The notes under the pieces are model-generated. The model saw only the letters and a program-made list of their open reading frames with translations. It ran no database searches and was not told the DNA's origin. From Clostridia bacterium (GTDB lineage Bacteria > Bacillota > Clostridia > Christensenellales > UBA3700), in contig JAIEDA010000013.1 of the NCBI GenBank assembly GCA_029068165.1, positions 71,863 to 135,862 on the forward strand: a stretch of 64,000 nucleotides of DNA, read 5' to 3'. Positions 45,014 to 54,633 of the stretch are shown here, piece by piece (position 1 is the stretch's first letter; every line of letters starts with the position of its first letter). Position numbers and translations under genes: made by a program.

Positions 45014-45622
45014 ATGGGCAAGTTTAACGGCATTAAAATTAACAAACTTTCTTTAAAACCTTATATAAAAAACTATTTAAAAGACAACAAACTTTTCTTA
45101 ATCACTTTCTACGGACTATTCATATTCGTATTTGCGTTCTCTCTCTTCGTAGTACTCAACTATGAAAGCGAATGTAATCACGACAACTACTACGTCTTAC
45201 TTATGAATTGCGACTACGGATTTTTGAAAGTTACGCTGAAATACTTGCTTTACAATTTGCTTTTCGCGTTTTGCGCAACGCTGACATATCGCAAAAAATT
45301 CGCTTTTGCGATAATGTATTTTGCCGTTACGTTTATCGCCTATCGCTTGGCTGTAAATATAATCGGCAGTTGGTGTTCGACTTTCGCAATCAATTTGATA
45401 AACGCCGCATTATTTTATTTTCCAATATTTTTGATATTCGTAATTACAATAGTGACTATTATTTGCTATATAAACGATAAGTATCTCTATTGCAGCGGAA
45501 GTTGCCCCGTAACGCTTAAAAAAACGCTATGCTTCTCGCTCTTGGTTTATATGGTGACGTCAATTTTAATAGCCGTATTCACGATAGCGTTGCCGTTGAT
45601 ATTTAAAAGAATCCTCTTTTAA
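45014..45622 (+). CDS. Hypothetical polytopic membrane protein downstream of the Spo0A_C-like gene
   Basis: 202 aa: a ~25-aa basic N-terminus and then at least five hydrophobic helices. The architecture is reminiscent of SpoIIM/DUF95-type proteins, but I could verify no motif. Confidence 0.5.
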   Translation: MGKFNGIKINKLSLKPYIKNYLKDNKLFLITFYGLFIFVFAFSLFVVLNYESECNHDNYYVLLMNCDYGFLKVTLKYLLYNLLFAFCATLTYRKKFAFAIMYFAVTFIAYRLAVNIIGSWCSTFAINLINAALFYFPIFLIFVITIVTIICYINDKYLYCSGSCPVTLKKTLCFSLLVYMVTSILIAVFTIALPLIFKRILF

Positions 45623-45647
45623 ATCTAAAAATCTACGCAAAGAAAAA

Positions 45648-45669
45648 AGGAGTATCTTTCGATACTCCT
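45648..45669 (-). terminator. Intrinsic terminator after rny (hairpin shared with the convergent plus-strand gene)
   Basis: AGGAGTATC-tttc-GATACTCCT. The minus-sense copy is followed by TTTTTTC. Confidence 0.7.
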
Positions 45670-45677
45670 AAAAACAA

Positions 45678-47291
45678 TTATTTTGCATATTCGGTTTTTC
45701 TAACTTCTCTTATAACGTTGACTTTGATTTGTCCCGGATATTCGAGTTCCGCCTCGATCTTCTTAGCGATGTCCTTAGCCATAAACGTCGTAGCTTCGTC
45801 GTTTACGATTTCAGGTTTGACGATAACCCTGATTTCGCGGCCTGCCTGTATAGCGTACGATTGCTCAACGCCTTCAAACGAATTAGCAACGCCTTCAAGT
45901 TTCTCAAGTCTTTTTACGTAATTCTCAAGAGATTCTCTTCTCGCGCCCGGTCTTGCGCCCGAAATCGCGTCGGCGGCTTGTACGATTATAGCCTCAAGCG
46001 TTTGCGGTTCAACGTCGCCGTGGTGAGCTTCGATAGCGTGAATAACGCTTCTTTGTTCCTTGAACTTTTTAGCTATCTCCACGCCGATAGTCACGTGAGT
46101 ACCCTCGACTTCGTGGTCTACAGCCTTACCTATATCGTGCAAAAGTCCCGCTCTTTTTGCGACCTTTACGTCCGCGCCGAGCTCGGATGCCATCATACCT
46201 GCTATATAACTTACTTCCAACGAGTGGTTGAGTACGTTTTGACCGTAACTCGTGCGGTACTTCAATCTACCCAATAGCTTTATGATCTCGGGATGCAGTC
46301 CATACACGTTGGCATCGAATGCGGCATTCTCGCCCGCTTCTTTCATTTGTTGCTCGATATCTCTCTTAACTTTTTCTACGGTTTCCTCGATCTTAGCAGG
46401 ATGTATTCTTCCGTCGGATACGAGTTTTTCAATAGTAAGTTTTGCTATCTCTCTTCTAACGGGGTCAAATCCCGATACCGTTACTACGTCGGGGGTATCG
46501 TCAATTATCAAATCTACGCCCGTAGAATTTTCAATCGCTCTTATATTTCTACCTACTCTACCGATAAGTCTACCCTTCATATCCTCGTTGGGAAGGGGCA
46601 CGACTGACACGGCGATTTCGGAAGCGTGATCGGCCGCGCATCTTTGTATCGCAAGTCCGATAATATTCTTGGCTTTCTTCTCCGCCTCGTCTTTGGCTTT
46701 TTGCTCAATCTCTTTAGCTTTAGCGACAGCGTCTTTTTTGACCGTTTCTATTAGCTCTTCCATAAGAATGTCTTTAGCTTCGCTTTGCGTAAGTTGAGCA
46801 ACCTTTTCCAATTCCGCCAACATATTTGCGTGGGCATTTTGCAATTCCTGCTCTATGTTGTCAAGCTGTTTTTCCTTGTCCTCTAACTGTTTTTTCTTTT
46901 CATCAATAGCGTCAGACTTCTTGTCGATCGCAAATTCGCGCTTTACAAGTTGATCTTCTCTTTGAGCAATTCTTTGTTCGTTTCTTGCGATTTCAGCTTT
47001 TTGCTCTCTGGTAGAAGTTTCTATCTCCTTGCGAAGTCTGTGCTGTTCTTCCTGCACCTTGATTTTTGCTTCCATGAGATAAGACTTAGACTCTTCGCGC
47101 GCGTCTTTCTTGATACGCTCGCACTCTTCTTTAATGCCGCCTACGGTCTTTTTTGCATAAGACTTGTATATCAAAATGCCTATTCCAATACCGCCGCCGA
47201 TACCAAACACGGCAACCAATATCGCAACAAGCACTACTATACCTGCATCTACCCCAAGGAGAAAATCAAAGCAATTCATAGTGAATTTCAT
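45678..47291 (-). CDS. rny: Ribonuclease Y
   Basis: 537 aa. N-terminal TM, coiled coil, KH domain ([12 protein letters not shown]) and HD domain (LLHDIGKA). Confidence 0.95.
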   Translation of the reverse strand: MKFTMNCFDFLLGVDAGIVVLVAILVAVFGIGGGIGIGILIYKSYAKKTVGGIKEECERIKKDAREESKSYLMEAKIKVQEEQHRLRKEIETSTREQKAEIARNEQRIAQREDQLVKREFAIDKKSDAIDEKKKQLEDKEKQLDNIEQELQNAHANMLAELEKVAQLTQSEAKDILMEELIETVKKDAVAKAKEIEQKAKDEAEKKAKNIIGLAIQRCAADHASEIAVSVVPLPNEDMKGRLIGRVGRNIRAIENSTGVDLIIDDTPDVVTVSGFDPVRREIAKLTIEKLVSDGRIHPAKIEETVEKVKRDIEQQMKEAGENAAFDANVYGLHPEIIKLLGRLKYRTSYGQNVLNHSLEVSYIAGMMASELGADVKVAKRAGLLHDIGKAVDHEVEGTHVTIGVEIAKKFKEQRSVIHAIEAHHGDVEPQTLEAIIVQAADAISGARPGARRESLENYVKRLEKLEGVANSFEGVEQSYAIQAGREIRVIVKPEIVNDEATTFMAKDIAKKIEAELEYPGQIKVNVIREVRKTEYAK

Positions 47292-47349
47292 TTTTGCCTC
47301 CTCTTTATTAAATTTTTAAGTTGCGTACATAAAAAATTTATGCAATTAA

Positions 47350-47379
47350 ATTATACCCTATTTACTCTATCAAAGTCAA
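47350..47379 (-). promoter_or_regulatory. SigmaA-type promoter for rny
   Basis: Minus-sense TTGACT, 18-nt spacer, TATAAT. Confidence 0.5.
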
Positions 47380-47426
47380 TATTATATTAATAGAATGTTT
47401 TATTTTTTAAAACTTAACTCAACGAA

Positions 47427-47449
47427 AAAAGACGGCTTTGCCGTCTTTT
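47427..47449 (-). terminator. Intrinsic terminator after recA
   Basis: Minus-sense AAAGACGG-caaa-CCGTCTTT followed by TTTTCG. Confidence 0.75.
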
Positions 47450-47458
47450 CTAAGTAGT

Positions 47459-48463
47459 TTATTCTTCTCTTGCTTTTTGCATAATTTTGTTTTTAATTTC
47501 CAAAGCAACTTCGGGATTGTCCTCTAAGTATTGGATGGTCTTATCTCTACCTTGACCTATCTTTTCGTCGTTGTAGCTTATCCAAGAACCGCTCTTTTGG
47601 AGAATATCCATACTTACGCCTACGTCTACCAAACAACCGTTGTTTGAGATGCCCTTTCCGTAGATAATATCAAATTCGGCTGTTCTAAACGGCGGAGCAA
47701 CTTTGTTCTTTACAACTTTTGCTTTTGCCCTGTTTCCGATAAATTCGCTGCCGTCTTTGATAGTGTCGCCTTTTCTTACTTCTATTCTTATGCTTGAATA
47801 GAACTTAAGCGCCTTGCCGCCTGGAGTAACCTCGGGATTACCGAACATAACGCCGACTTTTTCTCTCAACTGATTGATAAAGACTACGCAGGTCTTTGTC
47901 TTGTTTATAGCCGCAGTGAGTTTTCTAGCCGCTTGCGACATCAGTCTAGCTTGCAAGCCTACTACAGCCTGTCCCATTTCGCCGTCTATCTCCGCCTTAG
48001 GAGTGAGCGCCGCAACGGAGTCGACTACGATAATATCCATAGCGTTGCTTCTTACCATAGTTTCTACGATATCAAGAGCTTGCTCGCCGTCGTCAGGTTG
48101 GCTTACGTATAGTTCTTTAACGTTTACGCCAAGTCTTTCGGCGTAAATAGGGTCGAGCGCGTGCTCAGCGTCTACGAAAGCAGCCAAACCGCCTGCCGCT
48201 TGACAAGCCGCGATAGCGTGCAACGCAACGGTAGTTTTACCCGAAGACTCCGGTCCGTAAATCTCTATAATTCTACCCTTTGGCAAGCCGCCTACTCCCA
48301 AAGCCATATCAAGAGTAAGACAACCGGTGCTAATTACGTCGATTTGCTCTATCTCTTTGTCGCCCAACTTAATGATGGAACCCTTTCCGTACTGCTTTTC
48401 TATCTTTGCGATAGCGTCGGCAATGAGTTCGGACTTTTCTTTTTCTACACTCTTCTTTTCCAT
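47459..48463 (-). CDS. recA: Recombinase RecA
   Basis: 334 aa. GPESSGKTT Walker A, the FVDAEHALD motif, and L1/L2 loops are unmistakable. Confidence 0.97.
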   Translation of the reverse strand: MEKKSVEKEKSELIADAIAKIEKQYGKGSIIKLGDKEIEQIDVISTGCLTLDMALGVGGLPKGRIIEIYGPESSGKTTVALHAIAACQAAGGLAAFVDAEHALDPIYAERLGVNVKELYVSQPDDGEQALDIVETMVRSNAMDIIVVDSVAALTPKAEIDGEMGQAVVGLQARLMSQAARKLTAAINKTKTCVVFINQLREKVGVMFGNPEVTPGGKALKFYSSIRIEVRKGDTIKDGSEFIGNRAKAKVVKNKVAPPFRTAEFDIIYGKGISNNGCLVDVGVSMDILQKSGSWISYNDEKIGQGRDKTIQYLEDNPEVALEIKNKIMQKAREE

Positions 48464-48476
48464 TATTTACCTCGTC

Positions 48477-49184
48477 TTATAATTCTTTTATATTTCTAAG
48501 CGCCAAATACAACGCAGTATTGGTCACGCATTTTCTAATTTCGTTCCTATCCTTATCGAAAAAGGTATCGAATACCTGAAGCTTATCCCTGCCGCCGATA
48601 GCGATATAGGAAAGACCGACGGGAGTATCGTACTCGTCGCTTTGCGGTCCCGCGCAACCCGTAGTCGCTATAGCGTAGTCTATTTCTTTATTCTCCAACA
48701 ATCCCTGAACCATTTCCTTAGCGACTTCTTCGCTTACTACTCCGTACTGTTCGATAGTGGAGAGCTTGACGTGCAATCTCCTGACCTTTGCCGAAGCGTC
48801 GTAAGTAACGAACCCTTCGTAAAGGACCGAACTGCTTCCCGGCACGTCTACAAGCCTAGAGCAAATCATACCGCCAGTCAGGGACTCTGCGACGGCAATC
48901 TTCGCGCCCTTGTTTCTCGCGTTTTCAATCAAGCACTGCTCAAGCGTGGTATCGTAGTTTGCGTAGACGTTGCTCTTGAGTATTTCCAAAATCCCGTCTA
49001 AGATATTTTGATAAGTAATATCGCTCGCGCTCTTGTTCACCAAAGTTATCTTGCAATCGAGATTTCGCTGAGCGTACTCCAAGCTTACGCCGTGTACGTT
49101 TGCCAGTTCTTTACACTTAGAAAGCAATTCGCTGTCTATATCGAACGCTTTCAACACGCAGTAATTTTTGCAAGTTTCTATCAT
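48477..49184 (-). CDS. cinA: CinA-family protein lacking the N-terminal MoCF-binding domain (KH-like linker + PncC nicotinamide-nucleotide amidase domain)
   Basis: 235 aa. AVAESLTGGMICSRLVDVPGSS and the following PncC pattern. Classic position immediately upstream of recA. Confidence 0.8.
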   Translation of the reverse strand: MIETCKNYCVLKAFDIDSELLSKCKELANVHGVSLEYAQRNLDCKITLVNKSASDITYQNILDGILEILKSNVYANYDTTLEQCLIENARNKGAKIAVAESLTGGMICSRLVDVPGSSSVLYEGFVTYDASAKVRRLHVKLSTIEQYGVVSEEVAKEMVQGLLENKEIDYAIATTGCAGPQSDEYDTPVGLSYIAIGGRDKLQVFDTFFDKDRNEIRKCVTNTALYLALRNIKEL

Positions 49185-49204
49185 AGCCCCTCCTTAAGTT
49201 GAGA

Positions 49205-50524
49205 TTATTCGACTACTCTTCCCACGTAGTCAAGACCGTTTAATTCTTCAAGTTTGACCTTATATATTGTTCCTATCTCCAAAGGCTTATCCGCAACGAA
49301 ATAAATCTTTGTATCTATTTCGGGAGCGTCGTACGCGCTTCGTCCATAAAAAGTTTGTAAATCGTAGTCTATACCCTCGTACAGCACGTCCACTACATTT
49401 CCAAGCTTTCCCCTCATTCTCTCGAGCATAGCTTGTTCCTGCAATTCGTAAAGCCTATCCTGCCTTGCAATCTTGACGTCCTCGTCTATTTGTCCGCCCA
49501 ACCTGCTTGCGGCAGTTCCGTCTTCTTTAGAGTACGTAAAGAATCCGCACCTATCAAGCTTCGCCTTGCCGATAAACTCTTCAAGCTGTTTAAAGTCCTC
49601 TTCGCTCTCTTGCGGGAAGCCGACGATAAACGTAGATCTAATAGTAAAGTCGCCCTTGCTTCTCACCATATCGATAAGGCTTAAGATTTGCTCGTTCGTG
49701 ATACGCCTGTTCATAAGCTTGAGTATCTTATTGCTCACGTGCTGACACGGTATATCCAAATAATTGCAAATTTTATCGTTGGCGACTACGTAATCGATAA
49801 GTTCTTCGGTTACGTTTTCGGGATACAAATACAGCAATCTTATCCAAGATACGTCAAGCTTTGACAGCTCCTTAAGAAGCTCTATCAACTTGATTTCGCC
49901 GTATAAATCTTTCCCGTATAGCGAAACGTCTTGCGCCACGAGTATCAACTCTTTAATCGCGTAATCTCTCACGAGCGCAGCCGCCTCGTCGACTATATCT
50001 TCAATACGTCTTGAAGTATACGCTCCTCTAATCGACGGTATCGCGCAATAAGTGCACTTGTTGTCGCAACCCTCGGCAATTTTTATGTAAGCGTAATGAT
50101 AAGGCGTGGTCAATACCCGTCTAGGCGAGAAATGCCGCAAATCCTTACCGTTGGTATAACAACGTTCGCTCCTGCCCGCGACCAAATCCTTTATAAGTTG
50201 CGGAAGCCTGTGATAATTCGCCGTCCCCAAGAACATATCCACCTCGGGAAACCCCTCTTCAAGCTCAAGCATATATCTTTGCGTAAGACAACCCGTAACT
50301 ATTAGATATTTGCACTTATCTTTTTTGAGTTCCGCCATCTCTAAGATAGTATCGATAGATTCTTGCTTAGCGCTGTCGATAAAACCGCAAGTATTGACGA
50401 TAATTATATCGGCTTGGCTTTTGTCCGCGGTCAACTCATAACCGTCGTCTTGCAAGTAAGCCAACATATTTTCGCTGTCTATACGATTTTTATCGCATCC
50501 TAAAGATACAACGCCTATCTTCAT
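49205..50524 (-). CDS. rimO: Ribosomal protein S12 methylthiotransferase RimO
   Basis: 439 aa. MKIGVVSLGCDKN N-terminus, radical-SAM CDNKCTYC, and a C-terminal TRAM domain. Confidence 0.9.
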   Translation of the reverse strand: MKIGVVSLGCDKNRIDSENMLAYLQDDGYELTADKSQADIIIVNTCGFIDSAKQESIDTILEMAELKKDKCKYLIVTGCLTQRYMLELEEGFPEVDMFLGTANYHRLPQLIKDLVAGRSERCYTNGKDLRHFSPRRVLTTPYHYAYIKIAEGCDNKCTYCAIPSIRGAYTSRRIEDIVDEAAALVRDYAIKELILVAQDVSLYGKDLYGEIKLIELLKELSKLDVSWIRLLYLYPENVTEELIDYVVANDKICNYLDIPCQHVSNKILKLMNRRITNEQILSLIDMVRSKGDFTIRSTFIVGFPQESEEDFKQLEEFIGKAKLDRCGFFTYSKEDGTAASRLGGQIDEDVKIARQDRLYELQEQAMLERMRGKLGNVVDVLYEGIDYDLQTFYGRSAYDAPEIDTKIYFVADKPLEIGTIYKVKLEELNGLDYVGRVVE

Positions 50525-51147
50525 TGCTTGTCCTTATCCTCGTTTTCTTCCTTAGCGGGTTTTTCTCCAAAGAGCAAAGCCTTGTTTTTGACGATATAAT
50601 TTATTCCCGAAATTATCGTCAGTACCGTTGCGACTATCAAAAGCGCCGCTCCGATATACTCTATTACTTGGAACGCAGTTCCTTCGTGCGCCGAGCATAG
50701 CAAGAACGTCAGCGCGAACATAGTGCTTGCCGTCTTCATTTTGCCCAGCTTGTCCGCCGCTAAAGCCACGCTCTTCAATGCGGCAACCTGTCTTATTACG
50801 CCTATCATAAACTCTCTAGCAATGATTATTACGGAACAAATCAGTTCAAGGTACGGAATCTCGGGAACGTAATTGCCGTCTATGAGTATAAACAGCCCCG
50901 TCGCTACCAAGACTTTGTCGGCTATCGGGTCAAGTAATTTGCCCAAATCGCTGACCATATCGTATTTTCTTGCTATATATCCGTCAACGTAGTCGGTCAA
51001 AGAAGCGACGATAAAAAGCAAAGCCGTGACTACGAACAAAAATTCGTATAGAGGTTGCAAGCAGTAGCAAAGTATAATCAGCGGTATCATTACGAGCCTG
51101 ATTACCGTGATTTTAGTAGGTAAAGTAAAAGTCGAATTACTACTCAT
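50521..51147 (-). CDS. pgsA: CDP-diacylglycerol--glycerol-3-phosphate 3-phosphatidyltransferase
   Basis: 208 aa. CDP-alcohol phosphatidyltransferase motif DYVDGYIARK...GKLLDPIADK. Confidence 0.9.
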   Translation of the reverse strand: MSSNSTFTLPTKITVIRLVMIPLIILCYCLQPLYEFLFVVTALLFIVASLTDYVDGYIARKYDMVSDLGKLLDPIADKVLVATGLFILIDGNYVPEIPYLELICSVIIIAREFMIGVIRQVAALKSVALAADKLGKMKTASTMFALTFLLCSAHEGTAFQVIEYIGAALLIVATVLTIISGINYIVKNKALLFGEKPAKEENEDKDKQ

Positions 51148-51173
51148 ATTCCTTTCTCTCCTAAAGCCTCTTC

Positions 51174-54100
51174 CTATTCTTCTCCGCCTGCGCCAGTCCT
51201 TGCGTTTTCAATAATTTCCTCGACCTCTTCGCTCGTCAGTCTACATACGCATTTATTGTCGGCGGTCTTTTCGGTATAACCCACGTTGAGCAGCCAATCG
51301 TATATCTTGCCGCCTCTAGAGAAGCCTATTGAGAACGCTCTTTGCAATCCCGATATAGACACCTTGTCCGTGCCGGCTATTCTTCTCAATACGTCGGGTA
51401 TCAAGTCGTCGGGGAAATCAAATTCCTTTATATCCTTAGCGCTGACGGGTTCTTCGCTCTTAGGCGGTTCGGACATTTGCTTGATACGATTTTCTACGCT
51501 CTCGTCGTAATACGCTTGATTGTGATTTATAATATCGGTCATTACCCTTTTAATTTCAATATCGTCTACAAACGGATTTTGCAAACGCTCGAGGTTCTTG
51601 CTCAACTTTCTCGTCTTGATGAGCATATCGCCTTTACCAAGCAGTTCTTCCGCGCCTACGGCGTCAAGTATAGTCTTACTATCCACGCCCGAAGCGACCG
51701 CGAAAGCTATACGCGTAGGCATATTGGCTTTGATCAAACCAGTAATAACGTCAACCGACGGTCTTTGAGTTGCGAGTATCAAATGTATTCCGCACGCGCG
51801 CGCTTTTTGCGCCAACGTGATTACCAATGATTCGAACTCTTTGGAGTATTCGCTTACCATAATGTCGCCTACCTCGTCGACAATCGCGAGTATATAAGGC
51901 ATCTTCTTATCGTCCGCGATGACTTCGTCGAGCATATTGAACGTCGGCAACTTATTTACTCCGTACTCTTCAAATAGCGCGTATCTTCTACCCATTTCCT
52001 CAACCAGCCATCTTAGAATAACCAAAGATTCCTTAGGCGTGTTGTAAATTTGCGGGGTGAGCAAGTGCGGCAAACCTTTGTATTGACCAAACTCAACTCT
52101 CTTCGGGTCGACGAGCACTATTCTCAGCTCTTCCGGCGAATACTTGTAGACCAAAGAACAAAGCATCGTATTCAAGCAAACGGATTTACCGCTACCCGTA
52201 CCGCCGGCTATAAGTCCGTGCGGGAAGTCGGTCAAATCTTCAAAGTGACAGTTGTTGTCAACGTCCTTGCCCAAAGCGAAATACAGTCCGTCGGTTTTGC
52301 TCTTAAACTCTTCGTTTTGGATAAATTCTTTAAGTCCGACCGTCTTTCTCCTTGCGTTAGGAATTTCTATACCGCATAGAGGTTTACCGGGGATAGGAGC
52401 TTCTATTCTCAACGAAGTAACGGCAAGTTCCATAAGCAAGTTATCGGCTTTCTTACGGATAAGCTGAACGTCGATCTTTGACAGCACTTCAAACTCAAAT
52501 CTCGTAACCGTCGGTCCGCTTACGATATTCTTAACGCAAACTTCTATGCCGAATGCGGCGTAAGTTTCTTCTATAATCTTCGCTTTAGCGTTGAAATCCT
52601 CTTCAAAGCCGCTGTTGTCCACGTAATCTTTGAGGTTGTCGATGCTTGGCGGAATATACGGACTTCTCTTTACTTTTTCCACAGGCTTAGGCTCTTCCTT
52701 CTTTACGGGTTCGGGCTTAACTTCGGCTGCGACCTTATTCTCCACAGGCTTCTCTATCGGCGCTTTAGGCGCGATAGGCTGCTTAGGAATCACAGGTTTA
52801 GGCGTAATAGGCTTAGGCTCAAACGTCTTTTGGAAATAGCCGTCGGTAGGCTGAGGTTTCTCAACTTTAGGTTCTACGTTCTTAGTAGCCTCGTAGTTCT
52901 TGATCTCAGGAGCGTCAGCCGCCTTCTTTTGCCTGTTCATATTGGCGATAAACTCGTCCATAGACTCGATTTGCTTGTTTTGCGTCTTGTCCACCACGGG
53001 TTCCGACTTTTGCGGCGACTGAGGCTTGATAGGAGTAATAGGAGTATCTTTTTTGATATCCTTTATTTCCTTTCTATCCTCCGCTTTGTCAATCTCGGGC
53101 AATATCGACTCTATAGGCTTAATAGGCTCTAGAGGCTCAACCCTATCTATCTTTTTATCGTTCTTAAGCGTTCTAAAATCAAACTCAATAGGATTTTCCT
53201 TTGGTATTATATCCGCCCCTTTTTCTATATCCAACTTTCTTGCGAAATCGGAACTTACTTTAGGCTCGGAATCCTTACGCATATTCTCGCCCGTATTTCT
53301 CATCTTGTTTATTCTTTCGTTTTCAGCCATTATACGCAGTCTTTCGCTCGTAGAAAAGCCTGTGTATCTAGATGGGTCGTAGTTTTGACTAGAGCTTGGC
53401 TCGCCGCTCAAATCGTTTTGCTCGGGCAACACGTCGCGTATTACATCTTGCCGTCTATCCTGCATACCCTCGTTGATGACGTTCAATTTAGCGGTAGCGT
53501 CAATACCGAATATCTCTCTTTGAGCTTGAGCGACGTCAACGGACTTATCTTGATCATCCACGTCGTTACCCACGTAAATGAGTTCCGCTCTATCGGCTTC
53601 GATCTTGATTTCGTTGGTATCCAAAATAAGCTGAGCGTCCTCTTCGCGGAAGTTTTCGCCGTATATTTCAAAGTCCTGCTCTCGCGATACGTTTATCCTA
53701 TCGATAGGAATGTAGCGATCCAACTTGAGTTTTCCTTTGCCCTTTTTCGCCGACAAACTCTCGCCCATATCTTTTCCGTCAACGGTGTTGTTGTTGAGAT
53801 ATACTCCGCTCGCGTTGTCGTAATCCACGTCGAACATACCCACGTTTGCGTTTTGTCCTTTGGCAATTCTATTACGCTTTTTGGGAAGAAATCTCTCCAA
53901 ATTTATATCGACGTTTACTTGCAAAAGTATAGCGATTACAATCAGCCCCACCGCCAAAATACCGTCGGCAACCAAACTCAAGATATATATTTTGCGCGTT
54001 GCAAACGGATAGAGAAAAATACTTGCTATTGCTCCGCCCGCAGTATTGGAGGTGTCGTAAGACATTTTGATATACTCTCCCCAATTAGAAGTAGCGTAGT

Positions 54101-54416
54101 CGTGCGATACCAAAATATGCGCGAACATTATCACGAAAATCGCGATAAGCAAGTACAAAAAGATAATTCTCGCGTTTTGTTTAGGCTTTATATTCAAACA
54201 CATCAATATGCCCAACAGCGTCATTGCAAAGCTATATCCGTAAATAGCGTATCCGAAAACTCCGACGAAAAACTTAATAAGGGCTTGTCCCGCGGCGCCG
54301 AAAACGCCCAACAAAATCAAGTCCATTGCGACAAAAACAATAGTAATTACCGCGCCGTTTGTGCGGTTCGACTTGGAACGTTTATTTTGATTATTATCCT
54401 GATAACCCTTTGGCAT
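51174..54416 (-). CDS. ftsK: DNA translocase FtsK/SpoIIIE family (1080 aa, long Pro/Lys-rich linker)
   Basis: N-terminal four-TM domain and a low-complexity linker. Motor domain with Walker A GGTGSGKS and Walker B, then a C-terminal gamma winged helix. Synteny suggests it is the SpoIIIE counterpart. Confidence 0.9.
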   Translation of the reverse strand: MPKGYQDNNQNKRSKSNRTNGAVITIVFVAMDLILLGVFGAAGQALIKFFVGVFGYAIYGYSFAMTLLGILMCLNIKPKQNARIIFLYLLIAIFVIMFAHILVSHDYATSNWGEYIKMSYDTSNTAGGAIASIFLYPFATRKIYILSLVADGILAVGLIVIAILLQVNVDINLERFLPKKRNRIAKGQNANVGMFDVDYDNASGVYLNNNTVDGKDMGESLSAKKGKGKLKLDRYIPIDRINVSREQDFEIYGENFREEDAQLILDTNEIKIEADRAELIYVGNDVDDQDKSVDVAQAQREIFGIDATAKLNVINEGMQDRRQDVIRDVLPEQNDLSGEPSSSQNYDPSRYTGFSTSERLRIMAENERINKMRNTGENMRKDSEPKVSSDFARKLDIEKGADIIPKENPIEFDFRTLKNDKKIDRVEPLEPIKPIESILPEIDKAEDRKEIKDIKKDTPITPIKPQSPQKSEPVVDKTQNKQIESMDEFIANMNRQKKAADAPEIKNYEATKNVEPKVEKPQPTDGYFQKTFEPKPITPKPVIPKQPIAPKAPIEKPVENKVAAEVKPEPVKKEEPKPVEKVKRSPYIPPSIDNLKDYVDNSGFEEDFNAKAKIIEETYAAFGIEVCVKNIVSGPTVTRFEFEVLSKIDVQLIRKKADNLLMELAVTSLRIEAPIPGKPLCGIEIPNARRKTVGLKEFIQNEEFKSKTDGLYFALGKDVDNNCHFEDLTDFPHGLIAGGTGSGKSVCLNTMLCSLVYKYSPEELRIVLVDPKRVEFGQYKGLPHLLTPQIYNTPKESLVILRWLVEEMGRRYALFEEYGVNKLPTFNMLDEVIADDKKMPYILAIVDEVGDIMVSEYSKEFESLVITLAQKARACGIHLILATQRPSVDVITGLIKANMPTRIAFAVASGVDSKTILDAVGAEELLGKGDMLIKTRKLSKNLERLQNPFVDDIEIKRVMTDIINHNQAYYDESVENRIKQMSEPPKSEEPVSAKDIKEFDFPDDLIPDVLRRIAGTDKVSISGLQRAFSIGFSRGGKIYDWLLNVGYTEKTADNKCVCRLTSEEVEEIIENARTGAGGEE

Positions 54417-54445
54417 TAGAATTTCTCCTTATTATCCTATTCTAA

Positions 54446-54474
54446 ATTATAGCACAACAAAAATCTAAATACAA
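54446..54474 (-). promoter_or_regulatory. SigmaA-type extended -10 promoter for ftsK/spoIIIE
   Basis: Minus-sense TTGTAT, 17-nt spacer ending in TGC, TATAAT. Confidence 0.5.
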
Positions 54475-54514
54475 TGTTTTTTATTTAATTATTATAATAT
54501 AAAAGAACGTAAGC

Positions 54515-54531
54515 GTCGACTATTTTCGACA
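54515..54531 (-). promoter_or_regulatory. Tandem 0A-box-like direct repeat upstream of ftsK/spoIIIE
   Basis: Minus-sense TGTCGAA-aat-AGTCGAC: an exact 0A box, a 3-bp spacer, and a 5/7 match, about 45 nt upstream of the -35 element. Confidence 0.35.
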
Positions 54532-54582
54532 AAATTATCGCGCCGTTTAAAGCCGTCTTAAAGAATATCGAAATTAATTGCG

Positions 54583-54609
54583 AAAAGCAGATAGGAATAT
54601 CCTACCTGC
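54583..54609 (-). terminator. Intrinsic terminator after the M16 peptidase gene
   Basis: Minus-sense GCAGGTAGG-atatt-CCTATCTGC (one G-U pair) followed by TTTTCG. Confidence 0.7.
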
Positions 54610-54633
54610 CATAAGCAATCGGCAAACAAGCCG

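Noticed and set aside
52650-53130. Periodic short repeats (AAGCC/ATAGG-type, giving KP/PI/EP repeats) that at first glance resemble a tandem-repeat array
   Set aside because: The repeats are in frame inside ftsK. They encode its Pro/Lys/Glu-rich linker between the membrane and motor domains. There are no spacer/repeat regularity and no flanking cas genes.
53385-54419. 344-aa plus-strand ORF
   Set aside because: It lies entirely antisense to the N-terminal part of ftsK/spoIIIE. The ftsK product has a clear membrane domain, while this translation is low-complexity with no motif. It is a composition artefact.
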